Notes: generated by a model not told the origin, from the sequence alone. DNA of 64,000 bases from Thecamonas trahens ATCC 50062 (GCF_000142905.1 NW_013657662.1:310001-374000); one strand, 5' to 3'; positions 40,659 through 51,957 are shown, numbered from the stretch's first letter. Program-made: numbers and translations.

Positions 40659-43600
40659 CTAAAGCTCTTCTAAGGATGCAGAAGACGGCGAGGAGGACGA
40701 CGACGAGGAGGAAGAGGACGACGACGACGACGACCCAGTCCCTGATCCGCTTCCAGACCCAGTCCCAGTCCCAGATCCACTCCCAGTCCCTTTCCCAGAC
40801 TCACTCTCAGACCCGGATCCACTCCCAGACCCTCTCCCAGTCTCACTCCCAGACTCACTCCCAGACTCGCCGCCGGCCTCAGCCTCGACAGCATGCCGGG
40901 CCGCAACATTGTCCTTGGCCCGCGTGCACGCCCGCATGAACCGCTGGATTGACCGCGCCGCGCGCTCGCGGCGGACCATGGTCTCGCGCACGGCATAGCC
41001 GCGGTAGACTCGCTGGATGGTTGTCGCTGCGCTGTGGCGGTCGGCAGGCGATGGGAGAGTCAGGCTGTTCTCCGACATGCCTGACGACGGCGGACAGACG
41101 TTGATCTCCGGCGAGAACGAGGGCAGCGCAGTCGGGAGCCGATGATCGCGCGGCCGCATGTGGTAATAGGCCAGACGCGTCTTGGAAATGACCACTTGCT
41201 TGGCGTCAAAGGCAAAGTCGGTGTCCATCCCCGCAGTCGCGGCGTCGGCGTAGACCTCGGCTGTGATGTAGACGTCGCTGTTGGAAGCGACGTCCTCGCC
41301 GAGCTTGGACGCAACGTTGAGCGGATCCCCCCAAAACTCGCCCGTTTCATCGACCCGGAGAATGGTTCCGCAGTGGACGCCAAACCCGGTGAGCGGAATG
41401 TGGTCTGCCGGCTCGCGCTCCGCGTTCACAGCCTGGATAGACGCGCGGATGCGCCACACCGCCTCGAGTGCTTCGAGGTTCGAATCGAAGAGCCATACAA
41501 TCGAGTTGACGCAGCGCCCGCCAGCTTTGTCAACCATGTGCTTGAGCGCACGAAGCGTGGTCTGGCAGATGCGAATAGCCTGCGTAACACCATATGAGCC
41601 CGAAAGCGAGGCATAGTCCCAGCCTACCATCACCGCCGTCTTGTGGGTCATATACTTGCGCTCGATGAGTTCGTCCATAAACGCCGCAGACGTGTTGACA
41701 TTGACCCGTGATTCGACCATGGCTGAGAACGAGGTTGGTAGCGCCGCTACTGCATTGCGAAGCGACGGCCCGTGCCGCGGCGCAGGAGTCGGTGCCAACA
41801 GCGCGCCAGCCACAGCCTTGGCCGGCGACGGGCCCGACCGCGACGACTCGGCATCCGACGCCGACCACGAGGCCTCAATGGCTGCGTCGGCCAGCGAGGT
41901 TACCTTGGCTTCCTTGGGCAGATACTTGGAGAGGTTGAGAAGCGCCAGTGGTGCTGACACGCTGTAGTGCACCCCGCCATCATAGCCGTACTCGGGGTGT
42001 GGCGGCTCGCGCGCAAAGGCGAGTGACTCCCCAAGAACCGAGTCCTTGACTGCTGCATACATCTCTGCGTCGAGCAACACGCCGCCCGACGACGAGATGT
42101 CTTCACCGAGATCCCACGCTCGATCAAACGGTGAGCCAAAGAACTTTTCCGACACCGTATCAAAGGCCACGCCGCCGCCGTACCCGAGGCCGACGCCGCC
42201 GAGCTTGAGCTGGAAATCGTCGTCGACCACAAAGCTAGGGTCGTTGTTGTACGCCTCGAGAATGAGCGGGACATGGACGCCAGCAATGAGCGCCTTGACT
42301 GGATCGTCAAAGAGCACGATAAAGTTATCCGCCTCGGTCTCCACAAACAGCGCGTCGAGGTCGTCAAAGAGCGGTGTGAGCAGCTGTCGAACCCGATGGA
42401 TGAGCGAGATAAAGTGGATGATGCCGTGCTTCTTGGTCATGCGGGTAAAGCCCGAGAGATCAGTAACAAGCACACCAAGGCTCTGCCCGTCGTACCACCT
42501 CACCCGCTCGCGGTCAAGCGAGACGTGCTTAAAGTGGTCCATGTACATGATGTACGCCGCTTCGCCCAGCTCAGACTCTTGCGGCGCGTCACTAAACTCG
42601 TATGCGCTTGCAATCGAGTTGGGCGCGGTCGCCGCGAGCTTGCTCACCCCAGCCACAACCGGGTGGGTTACCGCAATCACACCCGGGTGTGGCGTTGACG
42701 GTGCCTGTACCGGATACGAGATGCTCGCCTCGTTCTCGTGGCAGAGAATGCGGCAGGCCCGGACTGGATCGCCCTGGAAAAACACTGTTGCCTTGGTGCT
42801 TGACTTGACGTGGACCACCTTGCCGCATGCCACGCCGAGCCCGGTGTAGTGCATCCGTGCTGGCGAGAAGAGCGATGAAACGTTGTGTGCCGCTGAGCGA
42901 AAGGCGTCAAAAGTGAAGAACTCGTGTAGATCAACTGCCGCCGCAAGCGCCGGTTCAAGCTGCGCAAAAGTAAACGTGGTATTGTCGATGACCACACCCC
43001 CGCGCCGGGTCACAAGCTCGTGGATGCACGTGAACAGCATGCGCCGCTGCAGCATCGAGGTGATGCACTCAGATAGCGAGTCAAACGTCGGAGCCCGCAG
43101 GCCAAGTGCAATGACAACAAGCTCGGCGCCGTACTTGGCGTCGATGGCGGCGTCGATGGTTGCCAGCTCGCGTGGCGACGAGACCGCGGCCTCGACCCGC
43201 GAAAGAAGAAGGTCAAAGAACTCGGGCGCCTCCTTGTACTCGCGCATGTAGTCCGAGAGCGAAAGTGGCGCCCGCTCCGAGATGCGGATCTTGCCCTTGG
43301 TGCCAAAGACTGAACAGTAGCTCTCGCCGGCGAGGTTCTCCTGAGGTTCGGTCAGCTTGAGCACAGAGATCGGCGACTTGGTCGTGTCCCACTCCCGGAC
43401 GAGCTCGGTCGCCACCAGGATGCCGCCGCTCTGCTCCAGCCCGAGCTTTGCAAGCTGCCACGCTGACGCCTTGGCCTTGCCAAGCACGCGCCCGGTCTCA
43501 TCCGATTTGACCATCAGCCGTCCGAGGGCGAGGCCAAAGGCAATGTCGACACAGAAACCGAGCTGCTCAGCACTCTGCTGCTCCTCGTTGTACGACTTGA

Positions 43601-44531
43601 TACGAGCCTGCAACTCGAGCGCCGACAGAACTGCAGCCTGGGTCTTCTCAAAGACGGCCACAAAGACGAGGCCATGGGTGTCGATGTGTGCAGCCTTGTG
43701 GTGAAGGAGGATTGCGTACACCAGCTTCTTGAGCCGGAGAAACAGCGAGGTCATATGAATGAACGAAGTGTTGGCCTTGTCCCTCTGCTCCGCAGCCATG
43801 ACAAGGACAACCGACGGCGATTCGGGCGTGCCAAGTGAGGCTACCATACTGGAAACCGGGGGTGACTCGTCCACGCCGTCACATGCTGTCGACGACCCGG
43901 AGATGATCGGCAGCGACGAGATCTCGTTCTCTGGCGACATCCGCCCTGTAGGCATGGAGACGTACGCCGGCACTTCGCTCAGCGAGCCAAGCTGGGTCAT
44001 TGACGACATTGGCGAGCTGTCGCGGTGTGCGTCAGGATCGATGGTTGAGTGCAGCCTGCGGCCAAACTCGGTGATCGACGGTGTGCGCCGCGACATGAGG
44101 TAGGTGACCGCCTCTTTGGCCTGCTCTGCATCGCCGGTTTTCGATTCGATATGGCCACCCAGAGACGACATGCCTGCCGATGATGCCGGCGGTGGGCCCT
44201 TGCTCTTGCCCTTGCTCTTGCCTCTGCTCTTGCCCGCCGCCCTACTTCTGCCCGCAGATGCTCCGCGGGCGTGCGACGGCTTTCGCACCTTGCGCTTGAT
44301 TACCTTGCGGATCCTGTGTCGTGTGCGTTGCGTATCCCCGGTGAGCGAAACGCCTGAGGGTTGCGGGCCCTTGGGCATAACAGGATTGCCCGGCGTGCCT
44401 CGCTGCGGCTTGTCCTCGGCCGGTTCTGCCGGTTGTGGTGCTGGCGACTCTGGCTCACCCTCACGGGCCTGCGTCGGTCTCCGGCCATGGCCTGGGTTCT
44501 CCTTCCGTGACGACGAGCATCCAGCGCCCAT
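40659..44531 (-). CDS. Soluble class III nucleotidyl cyclase with four tandem cyclase-like domains, N-terminal acylation motif and IQ motifs
   Basis: MGAGCSS; VTDLSGFT...EADN; GFGVHCG...FWGDPLNVASKLGED; two upstream degenerate repeats (FGLALG..VLGKA; GLGVACG..FQGDPV); IQRVYRGYAVR and IQRFMR. Confidence 0.85.
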   Translation of the reverse strand: MGAGCSSSRKENPGHGRRPTQAREGEPESPAPQPAEPAEDKPQRGTPGNPVMPKGPQPSGVSLTGDTQRTRHRIRKVIKRKVRKPSHARGASAGRSRAAGKSRGKSKGKSKGPPPASSAGMSSLGGHIESKTGDAEQAKEAVTYLMSRRTPSITEFGRRLHSTIDPDAHRDSSPMSSMTQLGSLSEVPAYVSMPTGRMSPENEISSLPIISGSSTACDGVDESPPVSSMVASLGTPESPSVVLVMAAEQRDKANTSFIHMTSLFLRLKKLVYAILLHHKAAHIDTHGLVFVAVFEKTQAAVLSALELQARIKSYNEEQQSAEQLGFCVDIAFGLALGRLMVKSDETGRVLGKAKASAWQLAKLGLEQSGGILVATELVREWDTTKSPISVLKLTEPQENLAGESYCSVFGTKGKIRISERAPLSLSDYMREYKEAPEFFDLLLSRVEAAVSSPRELATIDAAIDAKYGAELVVIALGLRAPTFDSLSECITSMLQRRMLFTCIHELVTRRGGVVIDNTTFTFAQLEPALAAAVDLHEFFTFDAFRSAAHNVSSLFSPARMHYTGLGVACGKVVHVKSSTKATVFFQGDPVRACRILCHENEASISYPVQAPSTPHPGVIAVTHPVVAGVSKLAATAPNSIASAYEFSDAPQESELGEAAYIMYMDHFKHVSLDRERVRWYDGQSLGVLVTDLSGFTRMTKKHGIIHFISLIHRVRQLLTPLFDDLDALFVETEADNFIVLFDDPVKALIAGVHVPLILEAYNNDPSFVVDDDFQLKLGGVGLGYGGGVAFDTVSEKFFGSPFDRAWDLGEDISSSGGVLLDAEMYAAVKDSVLGESLAFAREPPHPEYGYDGGVHYSVSAPLALLNLSKYLPKEAKVTSLADAAIEASWSASDAESSRSGPSPAKAVAGALLAPTPAPRHGPSLRNAVAALPTSFSAMVESRVNVNTSAAFMDELIERKYMTHKTAVMVGWDYASLSGSYGVTQAIRICQTTLRALKHMVDKAGGRCVNSIVWLFDSNLEALEAVWRIRASIQAVNAEREPADHIPLTGFGVHCGTILRVDETGEFWGDPLNVASKLGEDVASNSDVYITAEVYADAATAGMDTDFAFDAKQVVISKTRLAYYHMRPRDHRLPTALPSFSPEINVCPPSSGMSENSLTLPSPADRHSAATTIQRVYRGYAVRETMVRRERAARSIQRFMRACTRAKDNVAARHAVEAEAGGESGSESGSETGRGSGSGSGSESESGKGTGSGSGTGTGSGSGSGTGSSSSSSSSSSSSSSSPSSASLEEL

Positions 44532-44962
44532 AACGAGCTACCTCCCTTGAACCTCCCTGGCTGGTTGAGGTAGTTCGGTGTCACGCTCTTCCCACCTCGC
44601 AGTCATCCAACCCGTGGCCAAACAGTCCGTTGAGCCGCCCGCCACCGACCAACGGTTTCAGTGTTCGGCAGAGTGGGCTCGACGCCGCCGGTGGTCCAGC
44701 CATAGCTCCAACGAGTCCTTGATCGATAGCACTGATCGCAGCGTGGGTAGATCGGAGCAATCAAAAATAGCATGGTTGGTGCGTAGAGGGTGTGTGTGGG
44801 GGGGGGGGGGGGGCGTGCTGTGCGTAGGCCATCATCTTGGCCCGGTCTTTGCCTCTTGAGTAAGGTCATGAAATTACGGCATTAATCGTAAGAGGCCTGT
44901 TGTCGGGCACTCAACTCGACACGATCTGGGCGAACACTGCTCTCTTTGATCACGCAGTCGAT

Positions 44963-45955
44963 ATGGCGCAATCAGTCGATACCACGCCGGCTGCGGGTAA
45001 GGGTTCAGGACGGGGCATCGATCATGGGTTCGACTCGCGCGAGTATGCGGCGTTTGAAGCTTACATTGCCTCCAACGCGTCGGCACCGGGGCTGGACGAG
45101 TCGGTCGAGCCGCCCGAGGTGGTGACAGCAGCGGCGAGGGTTGTTGCGAAATGGCTCCGCGATGCACAGGGCAAGGCGGTGGTGCTGACTGGTGCAGGCG
45201 TATCGACTGGGCCAGGCGCTGCGTTGCCTACCTACCGTGGGCCTGATGGTGTGTGGACCCGAAGGATCCGTAACTCGCTGAAGCTCGAAGAAGGTTCCGA
45301 GTCGGACGCGGCGACGGATGCGGCGGACGACGACGATGGATCCGGCATTGCTGGTGTACTGGCATCTGCAGAGCACAAGCCGCAGCCAACGCTCACCCAT
45401 CGTGGGTTGACAGCACTTGTTGATGCCGGTCTCATCGGCTGCGTGGCTACAACCAACGTTGACGGCCTCCATGCCGCGGCAGGCCTCGTTCGCGGTTCAA
45501 ACTATGCCGAGCTCCACGGATCGCTGTACGTTGAGGCGTGCAGCGCGTGCGGGGCCGAGCTTTGCCACAATCCGCTCGTTGATGCCCCGCTTCAGACGGT
45601 TGAGCCCGAGACCCGTGCCACCGGTACGTCGTGCAAGGCGTGTGGTGGGGCGATGGAGGCCACGCTCGTCGGCTTCTTCGACACCCACCAGTCAGTTCCG
45701 TCGATGGAGCAACAGTTTGAGCTCGCTTGGGTGGCTGCTGCCACCGCCGACCTTATGATCGTCCTCGGCTCGTCGCTCTCGGTCGAGACAACTCTGCCTG
45801 GCTACACCCTCGAGAACGGCGGGCGGCTGGTCATCGTCAACCTCCAGCCCACCCATCTTGACGATCAGGCCACCCTGGTTGTTCACGCTCGCAGCGACGA
45901 CTTTGTGGCCGATCTGCAGGTGGCATTGGAGCTTCCTGTGTGCGCCACACGATGA
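44963..45955 (+). CDS. Class IV sirtuin (SIRT6/7-like NAD-dependent deacylase)
   Basis: LTGAGVST, YRGPDGVWT, PTLTH, TNVDGLH, ELHGS, CxxC..CxxC, LGSSL and VNLQPT. Confidence 0.9.
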   Translation: MAQSVDTTPAAGKGSGRGIDHGFDSREYAAFEAYIASNASAPGLDESVEPPEVVTAAARVVAKWLRDAQGKAVVLTGAGVSTGPGAALPTYRGPDGVWTRRIRNSLKLEEGSESDAATDAADDDDGSGIAGVLASAEHKPQPTLTHRGLTALVDAGLIGCVATTNVDGLHAAAGLVRGSNYAELHGSLYVEACSACGAELCHNPLVDAPLQTVEPETRATGTSCKACGGAMEATLVGFFDTHQSVPSMEQQFELAWVAAATADLMIVLGSSLSVETTLPGYTLENGGRLVIVNLQPTHLDDQATLVVHARSDDFVADLQVALELPVCATR

Positions 45956-46703
45956 GCAATGTGGCAATGCTATCGTAGAGTTTCCCCGCACGCTGAGCTG
46001 CATCAGCCAGCCAATTGTCGCTTGAGCACGCCGGGCAAGATGGAGGACCTGGGCTTCAAACACCACATCCGTTGGTTCGACCATTCTCACAGGGGAATCA
46101 TGTTGTAGACGTTATCGGGCGATGTGATGTGTCCGTAGAGAATGCCGGTGAGAGCACGGAGGTCGGCCTGGCCATCCTTGATGTTGAAAAACGCCCCATG
46201 GAGAAGACAAATACAACGGAACCATGGGGAACTTTGGGGGCTGGTGAATCGGCCTGTGCGTGCGCTGGTCAGATGCAGCGTCAAAGCCGTGCTGTGCTAC
46301 CCATCCCCGCCTATGATCTGACCTGATCGCCATTTGGGCCAATGGGCTGACGAGGCAAGGACCAAGCAACCGCTCACTGGTTGGAGGCACCACACACACA
46401 CCCGACCACACAGCCAACGCGTGGGGGTACACATTGCCACTTAGATCATCTGTCTCCTGGCGGGCCAAGAGTAAGTACGCAAGTAGTTAGTCACCAGCAG
46501 GGTAGGGGGAATGAAGATGGAGGCTATGGGTGGGAGTAGAGGCTGGGCAGAGTCAGTGACGAGGCATTGGGCGCGGCAGGGAGAGGATGAGGCGCCACGT
46601 CATTTTGGGGGCGGCGTTTGGCGGCAGAGGGGGGAGAGGGGAAGGGAGGGAGACTGACGTGGAGCGGGGGCGTGGACAATGCGGCAATGGGCAAGACAGG
46701 GAA

Positions 46704-48182
46704 ATGACGATGGACCACCCGCAGCCGCCGCTGTATGTGGCTATTCTGACGTATCTCTCGTATGGAGTGCTTATTGTGTTTGGTCACCTCCGTGACTTCT
46801 CCAGGGCTGGCCTCACCGCCCTCGGCCTCCGCTGGCTCCTCCGGGCCACGTCGAAGGACACCCGGCGGCCTGTGGGTAACGAGCCCGGGTACTGCGAGCT
46901 GCTCTCGGACTTTGACAACTTTTACACTCGCCGTCTCTACCACCGCATCCAGGACTGCTGGAACAGGCCGGTGTGCTCGGCGCCTGGAGCGTACATCACC
47001 CTCCCTGAGCGGCTGTCGGACGACTACAACCTTTCCTTCAAGCTGACCGGCAAGACGCATCGGTGCCTCAACCTCGGCTCGTACAACTACCTCGGCTTTG
47101 CCGAGAACCATGGGCCGACCATTGCCGCCGTCACCGACGCCACCCTCACGTACGGCATCTCGTCGTGCGGCTCGCGGGCGACCGCCGGCAACACCCGCGA
47201 TCACGTCGAACTGGAGAACCTTGTCGCCCGCTTCCTGGGCAAGCCGGCAGCCATGATCTTCGGCATGGGCTTTGCCACCAACTCGACCGTCATTCCTGCG
47301 CTGTGTGGCAAGGGCTCGCTTGTCATCTCGGACACGCTCAACCACTCGTCAATCGTGCAGGGCTGCCGCGTCTCGGGCGCCAAGATCAAGACTTTCCGCC
47401 ACAACGACCCCGACGACCTCGAGGCTGTTCTCCGCCACGCCATTGCCTACGGCCAGCCGCGGACCCACCGCCCATGGAAGAAGATCATCGTCATTGTTGA
47501 GGGCATTTACTCGATGGAGGGCGAGATCTGCCGCCTCGCCGAAATCGTCGCCGTCAAGAAAAAGTACAAGGCGTACCTGTACCTCGACGAGGCCCACTCC
47601 ATCGGCGCCCTCGGTGCCACCGGGCGCGGCGTGTGTGAGCACACCGGCGTCTCGCCTGACGACGTCGACATTCTCATGGGCACATTTACCAAGTCGTTTG
47701 GCGGCGTCGGCGGCTACATCGCCTCCACCCCCGAGCTCATCCAGTACCTCAAGTCGGTGTGCATCGGGCATCTGTACGCCAACGCCATGGCGCCACCGGT
47801 TGCCCGCATGGTCCAGACCACCATGAAGATCATCATGGGCGAGGACGGGACCAACGATGGCCAGCGCCGCATCCACCAGCTCCGCGACAACGCCAACTAC
47901 TTCCGCCGCCGCCTCGTGGAAATGGGCTTTGTCATCTACGGCGACAACGACTCGCCGGTCGTCCCGCTCATGCTCTACTACCCGTGCGCCATTGCCGCCT
48001 TTTCACGGGAGGCCCTCAAGCGCTCGCTCGCTGTCGTCGTCGTCGGCTACCCGGCGACACCCATCATCGAGTCGCGCTCGCGCTTCTGCCTCTCTGCCGC
48101 CCACACCCGCGAAGACATCGACAAGGCGCTGGACGCCATTTCAGACGTCGGCGATGTCATGGGACTTAAGTTCAATGCCTAA
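46704..48182 (+). CDS. LCB2: Serine palmitoyltransferase catalytic subunit (an upstream exon is possible)
   Basis: NLGSYNYLGF, MGFATNS, EGIYSMEG, LDEAHSIG and the PLP-lysine motif GTFTKSFG. Confidence 0.95.
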   Translation: MTMDHPQPPLYVAILTYLSYGVLIVFGHLRDFSRAGLTALGLRWLLRATSKDTRRPVGNEPGYCELLSDFDNFYTRRLYHRIQDCWNRPVCSAPGAYITLPERLSDDYNLSFKLTGKTHRCLNLGSYNYLGFAENHGPTIAAVTDATLTYGISSCGSRATAGNTRDHVELENLVARFLGKPAAMIFGMGFATNSTVIPALCGKGSLVISDTLNHSSIVQGCRVSGAKIKTFRHNDPDDLEAVLRHAIAYGQPRTHRPWKKIIVIVEGIYSMEGEICRLAEIVAVKKKYKAYLYLDEAHSIGALGATGRGVCEHTGVSPDDVDILMGTFTKSFGGVGGYIASTPELIQYLKSVCIGHLYANAMAPPVARMVQTTMKIIMGEDGTNDGQRRIHQLRDNANYFRRRLVEMGFVIYGDNDSPVVPLMLYYPCAIAAFSREALKRSLAVVVVGYPATPIIESRSRFCLSAAHTREDIDKALDAISDVGDVMGLKFNA

Positions 48183-48223
48183 CCCTTAACGGTACGGTCG
48201 TTCGGACGCGTTGTTGTGCGCCC
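48183..48223 (+). mobile_element. Solo left end of the piggyBac-like element
   Basis: CCCTTAACGGTACGGTCGTTCGGACGCGTTGTTGTGCGC closely matches 18605-18638 and the reverse complement of the 18946 end. Confidence 0.6.
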
Positions 48224-48262
48224 CTGCCCGATGGCAGGCGATGCAATACACTCTTCTACTTG

Positions 48263-48263
<1 letters not shown>

Positions 48264-48300
<37 letters not shown>
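48264..48300. repeat. (CA)n microsatellite
   Basis: Seen directly. Confidence 0.95.
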
Positions 48301-48306
<6 letters not shown>

Positions 48307-48322
48307 CTTGCCATCCGTGTCT

Positions 48323-51300
48323 TTACTGGATGCCACGCACATGCTTGACCATGCAGAGCGAGGCGTTGAACATGGCATCGAGCGTGTCGAGCGGGTCGGC
48401 CATAGCAGCCTGCAGCGCCACAAGCTCGGCATCCAGCCCAGCTTCGCCGGCGAGGAGCGTCTCCTGGTGAACGGTGAGGACGAGCTGAGCGAGCGAGTGG
48501 AAGAGCTCGTAGTTGGCCAGAGTGGAGAGGCCCCAGGTGAGGAACTGGACGACGGCAACCAGGTCATCGGGATCGGACATGGTGCGCAACTCGAGATCGA
48601 CCCGCGCCGGCGACGACTTGGTGATCCACGCCAGCGCGGCGTCAAAGTTGCGACTTGCAATGTGCTTGTACAGACCCGACGTCGACTTGAGCGAGCCGAG
48701 GTCAAGGATACGCGACGACTTGGCCGTGTTGCGGACAGCCTCGGCCTCGGCCTTCATCTCGTCGATGACCGAGGTATCAAACTCGGGCTCGAGGCCAGCC
48801 TTGGTGGCGAGGAAGAACGGCGCCTTCTCCGGCAGAACAAGGTGGTCGTCCGACGCGCGGTTGCGCTCGCGGACCTCATCCATTCGCACCAGGTTTGTCC
48901 ACCGCGACGCCGGCAGTGACGACAGCGTCACTAGCCGCGGATCCAGCTGGGCATCGCCGGGCGCGCCCGGCTCGGAGCCCGACGCCGCGGCCGACCCAGC
49001 TCCCGACCCGTTCTTGGTCGCTGCCGCGTCCGCCGCCGCTTCCTGGTCCTTGATGAGCGTCATCAGTGAGCGCGCACCCATGTACGACTCGCCTGACTCG
49101 GTTGCGTCCGAGTCAATGCCGAGCAGCGAGGTGTTGACCTGAACCAGCGGGAGCTGGCCGGGCGTGAGGCTCTCGTCAACAGGCACCAGCCGCGCCGAGG
49201 AAAAGTGGTGGGCGTTGGCCCAGAGGAAGATGCCCTGCGAGTTGACGTGCGTCGTCGCCAGGTATGCCGAGTCTGGCGACATGTCCAGCGACGTGACCGC
49301 CCGATCAAAGCGGACCCAGTCGACGGCCCGCCCGGTCGGGAGGTCCCACACCCGCAGCGTCGAGTCCATCGACGACGAGATGAGCCACCGCGCGTCCGGC
49401 GAGATGCACAGGTCGGTAATCTGGTTGTAGTGACCTTCAAAACTGCGCACTACCCGCCGCGTCTCAATGTCCACAATCCGCAGCGTGAGGTCGTCCGACG
49501 CGAGCGCAAGGAAGCCCGAGTCGCGGTGGATGGAGGCCTTGACAATCGGCGAGTCCAGCGCAATGGTGTCGAGGAGCTCACCCTTGGCAAACGACCAGAA
49601 CTTGACCGTCCCGTCGAGCGAGGTCGAGATGAGCAGCAGGTTGACTGCGTCAATGGCGAGGCCGGTCACCCGCTTGGTGTGCGCGGCCTTGCCGTCCAGT
49701 GACGGGTCGGAAAAGTCGCCGCGCCGCGCACCCGACTGCATGTTGAACCGGGCGACGAGGCCGGTCGACGTGCCGACCACGCCGTAGTGCCCGCAGACCG
49801 AAATGGTCACCGCCGACGACTCGTGACGCGGCCCGGTTGTGTTGACCTTGAGCTTGTGCTTGCCGATCCGCTTGTGGAAGAACGACCAGGTGAAGGCTGC
49901 GCCCACACCGGCGTGAGTGGTGAGGATCGAGTCCCACTTGCGCTCCTTAATCGACGCCGACGCCAGAGCCGTCACCGTCTTGATTCGCAGGTCTTCCACC
50001 GTCCGTCCGGTCTTGGCCGCCTTGGACGCCAGAGAGCCCTGTGAGATCTCGCGTGACTGCGCGTCGTTGATCGTCGAGATGAACCGCAGCGACCGGTCCT
50101 CCGATGCCGCCAGCAAGTGCCGCGCATCGCCACCGTGGAAGCGCACCAGATGCGGCGGCCGCGCAAAGCCCGAACGCGACCGCAGCAGCCGAGGCGAGCC
50201 GTCGGGCTGGTCAAACACCCACATCGAGAGCTTGTTGTCGCGACCCGAGGTGAGCATGAGCGGCTCGCCCTCCAGAAACTTGATGCATGTCACCGGTGAC
50301 GAGTGGGTGTACGGGACCGAGGCCACAATCCGGTCGTGGTCGAGCGACCACATCGTGATCTCGCCGCCGAGCCCGCCAGAGACCAGGACGCCCGGCCCGT
50401 CGTTGCGGAACGCAAGTGCAGTGACCGGCGACGACTCGTGCGCGTACGTCTTGAGCACAACATCGTACAGCAGGTTGACGACATAGATCGAACCGTCGGC
50501 GCAGCCGACCGCAATGACGTCTACCACCGGCGACTGCGCCATGCACAGGACCGCCGACGGCTCGGCCACAGCCTCACCAGCATCGTCCACAACCCGCGAG
50601 CTAAACGGCGCAAACTCGTGCACAAGCTGAAGCGTTCGCAGGTTGTACAGCCGCAGCGCGCCTTGCCGCGAGCCGAGCACAATCTTGTTGAGGTACGTCA
50701 CCGGGTGAATCATGGTCGTCACCTCAAACTCGTCCTTGGGCAGAGCAAGCTCGGCGTACAGCCGCACCGGATGCGTCTCCCAAACTCGCAGCACGTTGTC
50801 GGTGGAGATGGAGATGAGATGAAGGCCAAACACGTGGAGCTGCGAGACAACCAGCGCATCGGGCAGATCCTCGCGCGGCACGTCCGACTCGGTGAGGACC
50901 GACCAGCGGGCGATCTCCTTACCACGGCGGTAAGCGACGATGAAGTGAGCCGAGCCAACATAAACTACATTCTTGACCGAGACAGCGCACGCGTTGCGCG
51001 CCCGGTTGTGCGGGCCGACAAAGACCAGCCGGAGCTTGTCAGCATCGTAAACATGGAACGACGAGCCGACAGGCGTGGTGATGAACGACTTGGTCCCACG
51101 CCGCTCGACGAAGAACGGTGCCTCTCCGGAGACCAGGCCCAGTGCCCGGTATGGTGTCCACTACGTAGGGTGAAGGAGGAGGATGGTGAGGAGGAGGCGG
51201 ATGAGGCCGGCCGGCAAGGGGGGCAGAGCGGAGGAGGTGGGGGAGGAGGGGGGGGGGGAGGTGCCGCGGGATGGATGGGAGATGGGGGGAGAGGATGGGG

Positions 51301-51424
51301 AGGTGGAGGGGATGGGGACAAGGGGAGAGGGAGAGGGAGAGGGAGAGGGAGGGGGAGGGGGAGGGGGGGGGGGATGGAAGAGGGTAGGAGGGAGAGGGAG
51401 GAGAGGACATACCAGTTGGGACAT
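48323..51424 (-). CDS. UTP21: WDR36/Utp21 (SSU processome), two exons
   Basis: Exon 51424-51413 (MSQL), intron 51412-51161 (GTATGT...TAG), then WTPYRALG... continuing in frame. WD40 repeats, RLLRSRSG, FNMQSG, LSSLPASRW and KAPFFL. Confidence 0.93.
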
Positions 51425-51957
51425 GGGAGTGGTGAAGACGGGAAGAGGTGGAGTGTGGTGGAGTGAGTGGGGGGGGGTGAGACTGAGCTGTGAGCTGGTT
51501 GGTGGTGGGAGTGATCAGACGGAGAGCCATTGATGGGGAAGGGAAGGGAAGGGAGACGATTGAAGTGGGGGAAGGAGGGGAAAGGGGCGGGAGAGGGGGG
51601 GAGGGAAGGGGGAAAAGATCTACACCATTTTCTCCGTGCGAGGAACTACTGATGTCATGACTTTCATGGCGAGTATGATAATAATCATATCATCATCATC
51701 CTCATCATCATCATCGTCACCACCCCCCCCCCTCCCATCATCAACACTGTCATCATCATCATCACCCAATGGTTGCAACCACGGCGAGACAGACTTCTCC
51801 CGGCAAGTGCAAAAGTGTTGCTCGACGATTAGTCAGATTCCAAGCTCAAGCCGCAACCAATACCTGTGGGCTTGTGCATAGCGTAGGCTGCGGTTGTGGG
51901 CGTTCGTTGTTCTGCACGGCGCGGCCCTCTCGTGGTGCGCCTCGTTCGTAAGACAGC

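Noticed and set aside
46160-46215. Rieske motif (CLLHGAFFNIKDG)
   Set aside because: Only half a motif, with the Pro missing and no upstream CxH box, so it is insufficient to call.
46430-46480. U1 snRNA-like start (TACTTAC on the - strand)
   Set aside because: It lacks ACTTACCTG, the U1 loop motifs and an Sm site. It is simply the complement of a GTAAGT donor-like sequence.
46704-48182. PLP enzyme as the OvoB lyase of an ovothiol cluster
   Set aside because: The motifs (GQPRTHRPWKK, GTFTKSFG) are canonical LCB2, and the gene is 10 kb from ovoA with unrelated genes in between.
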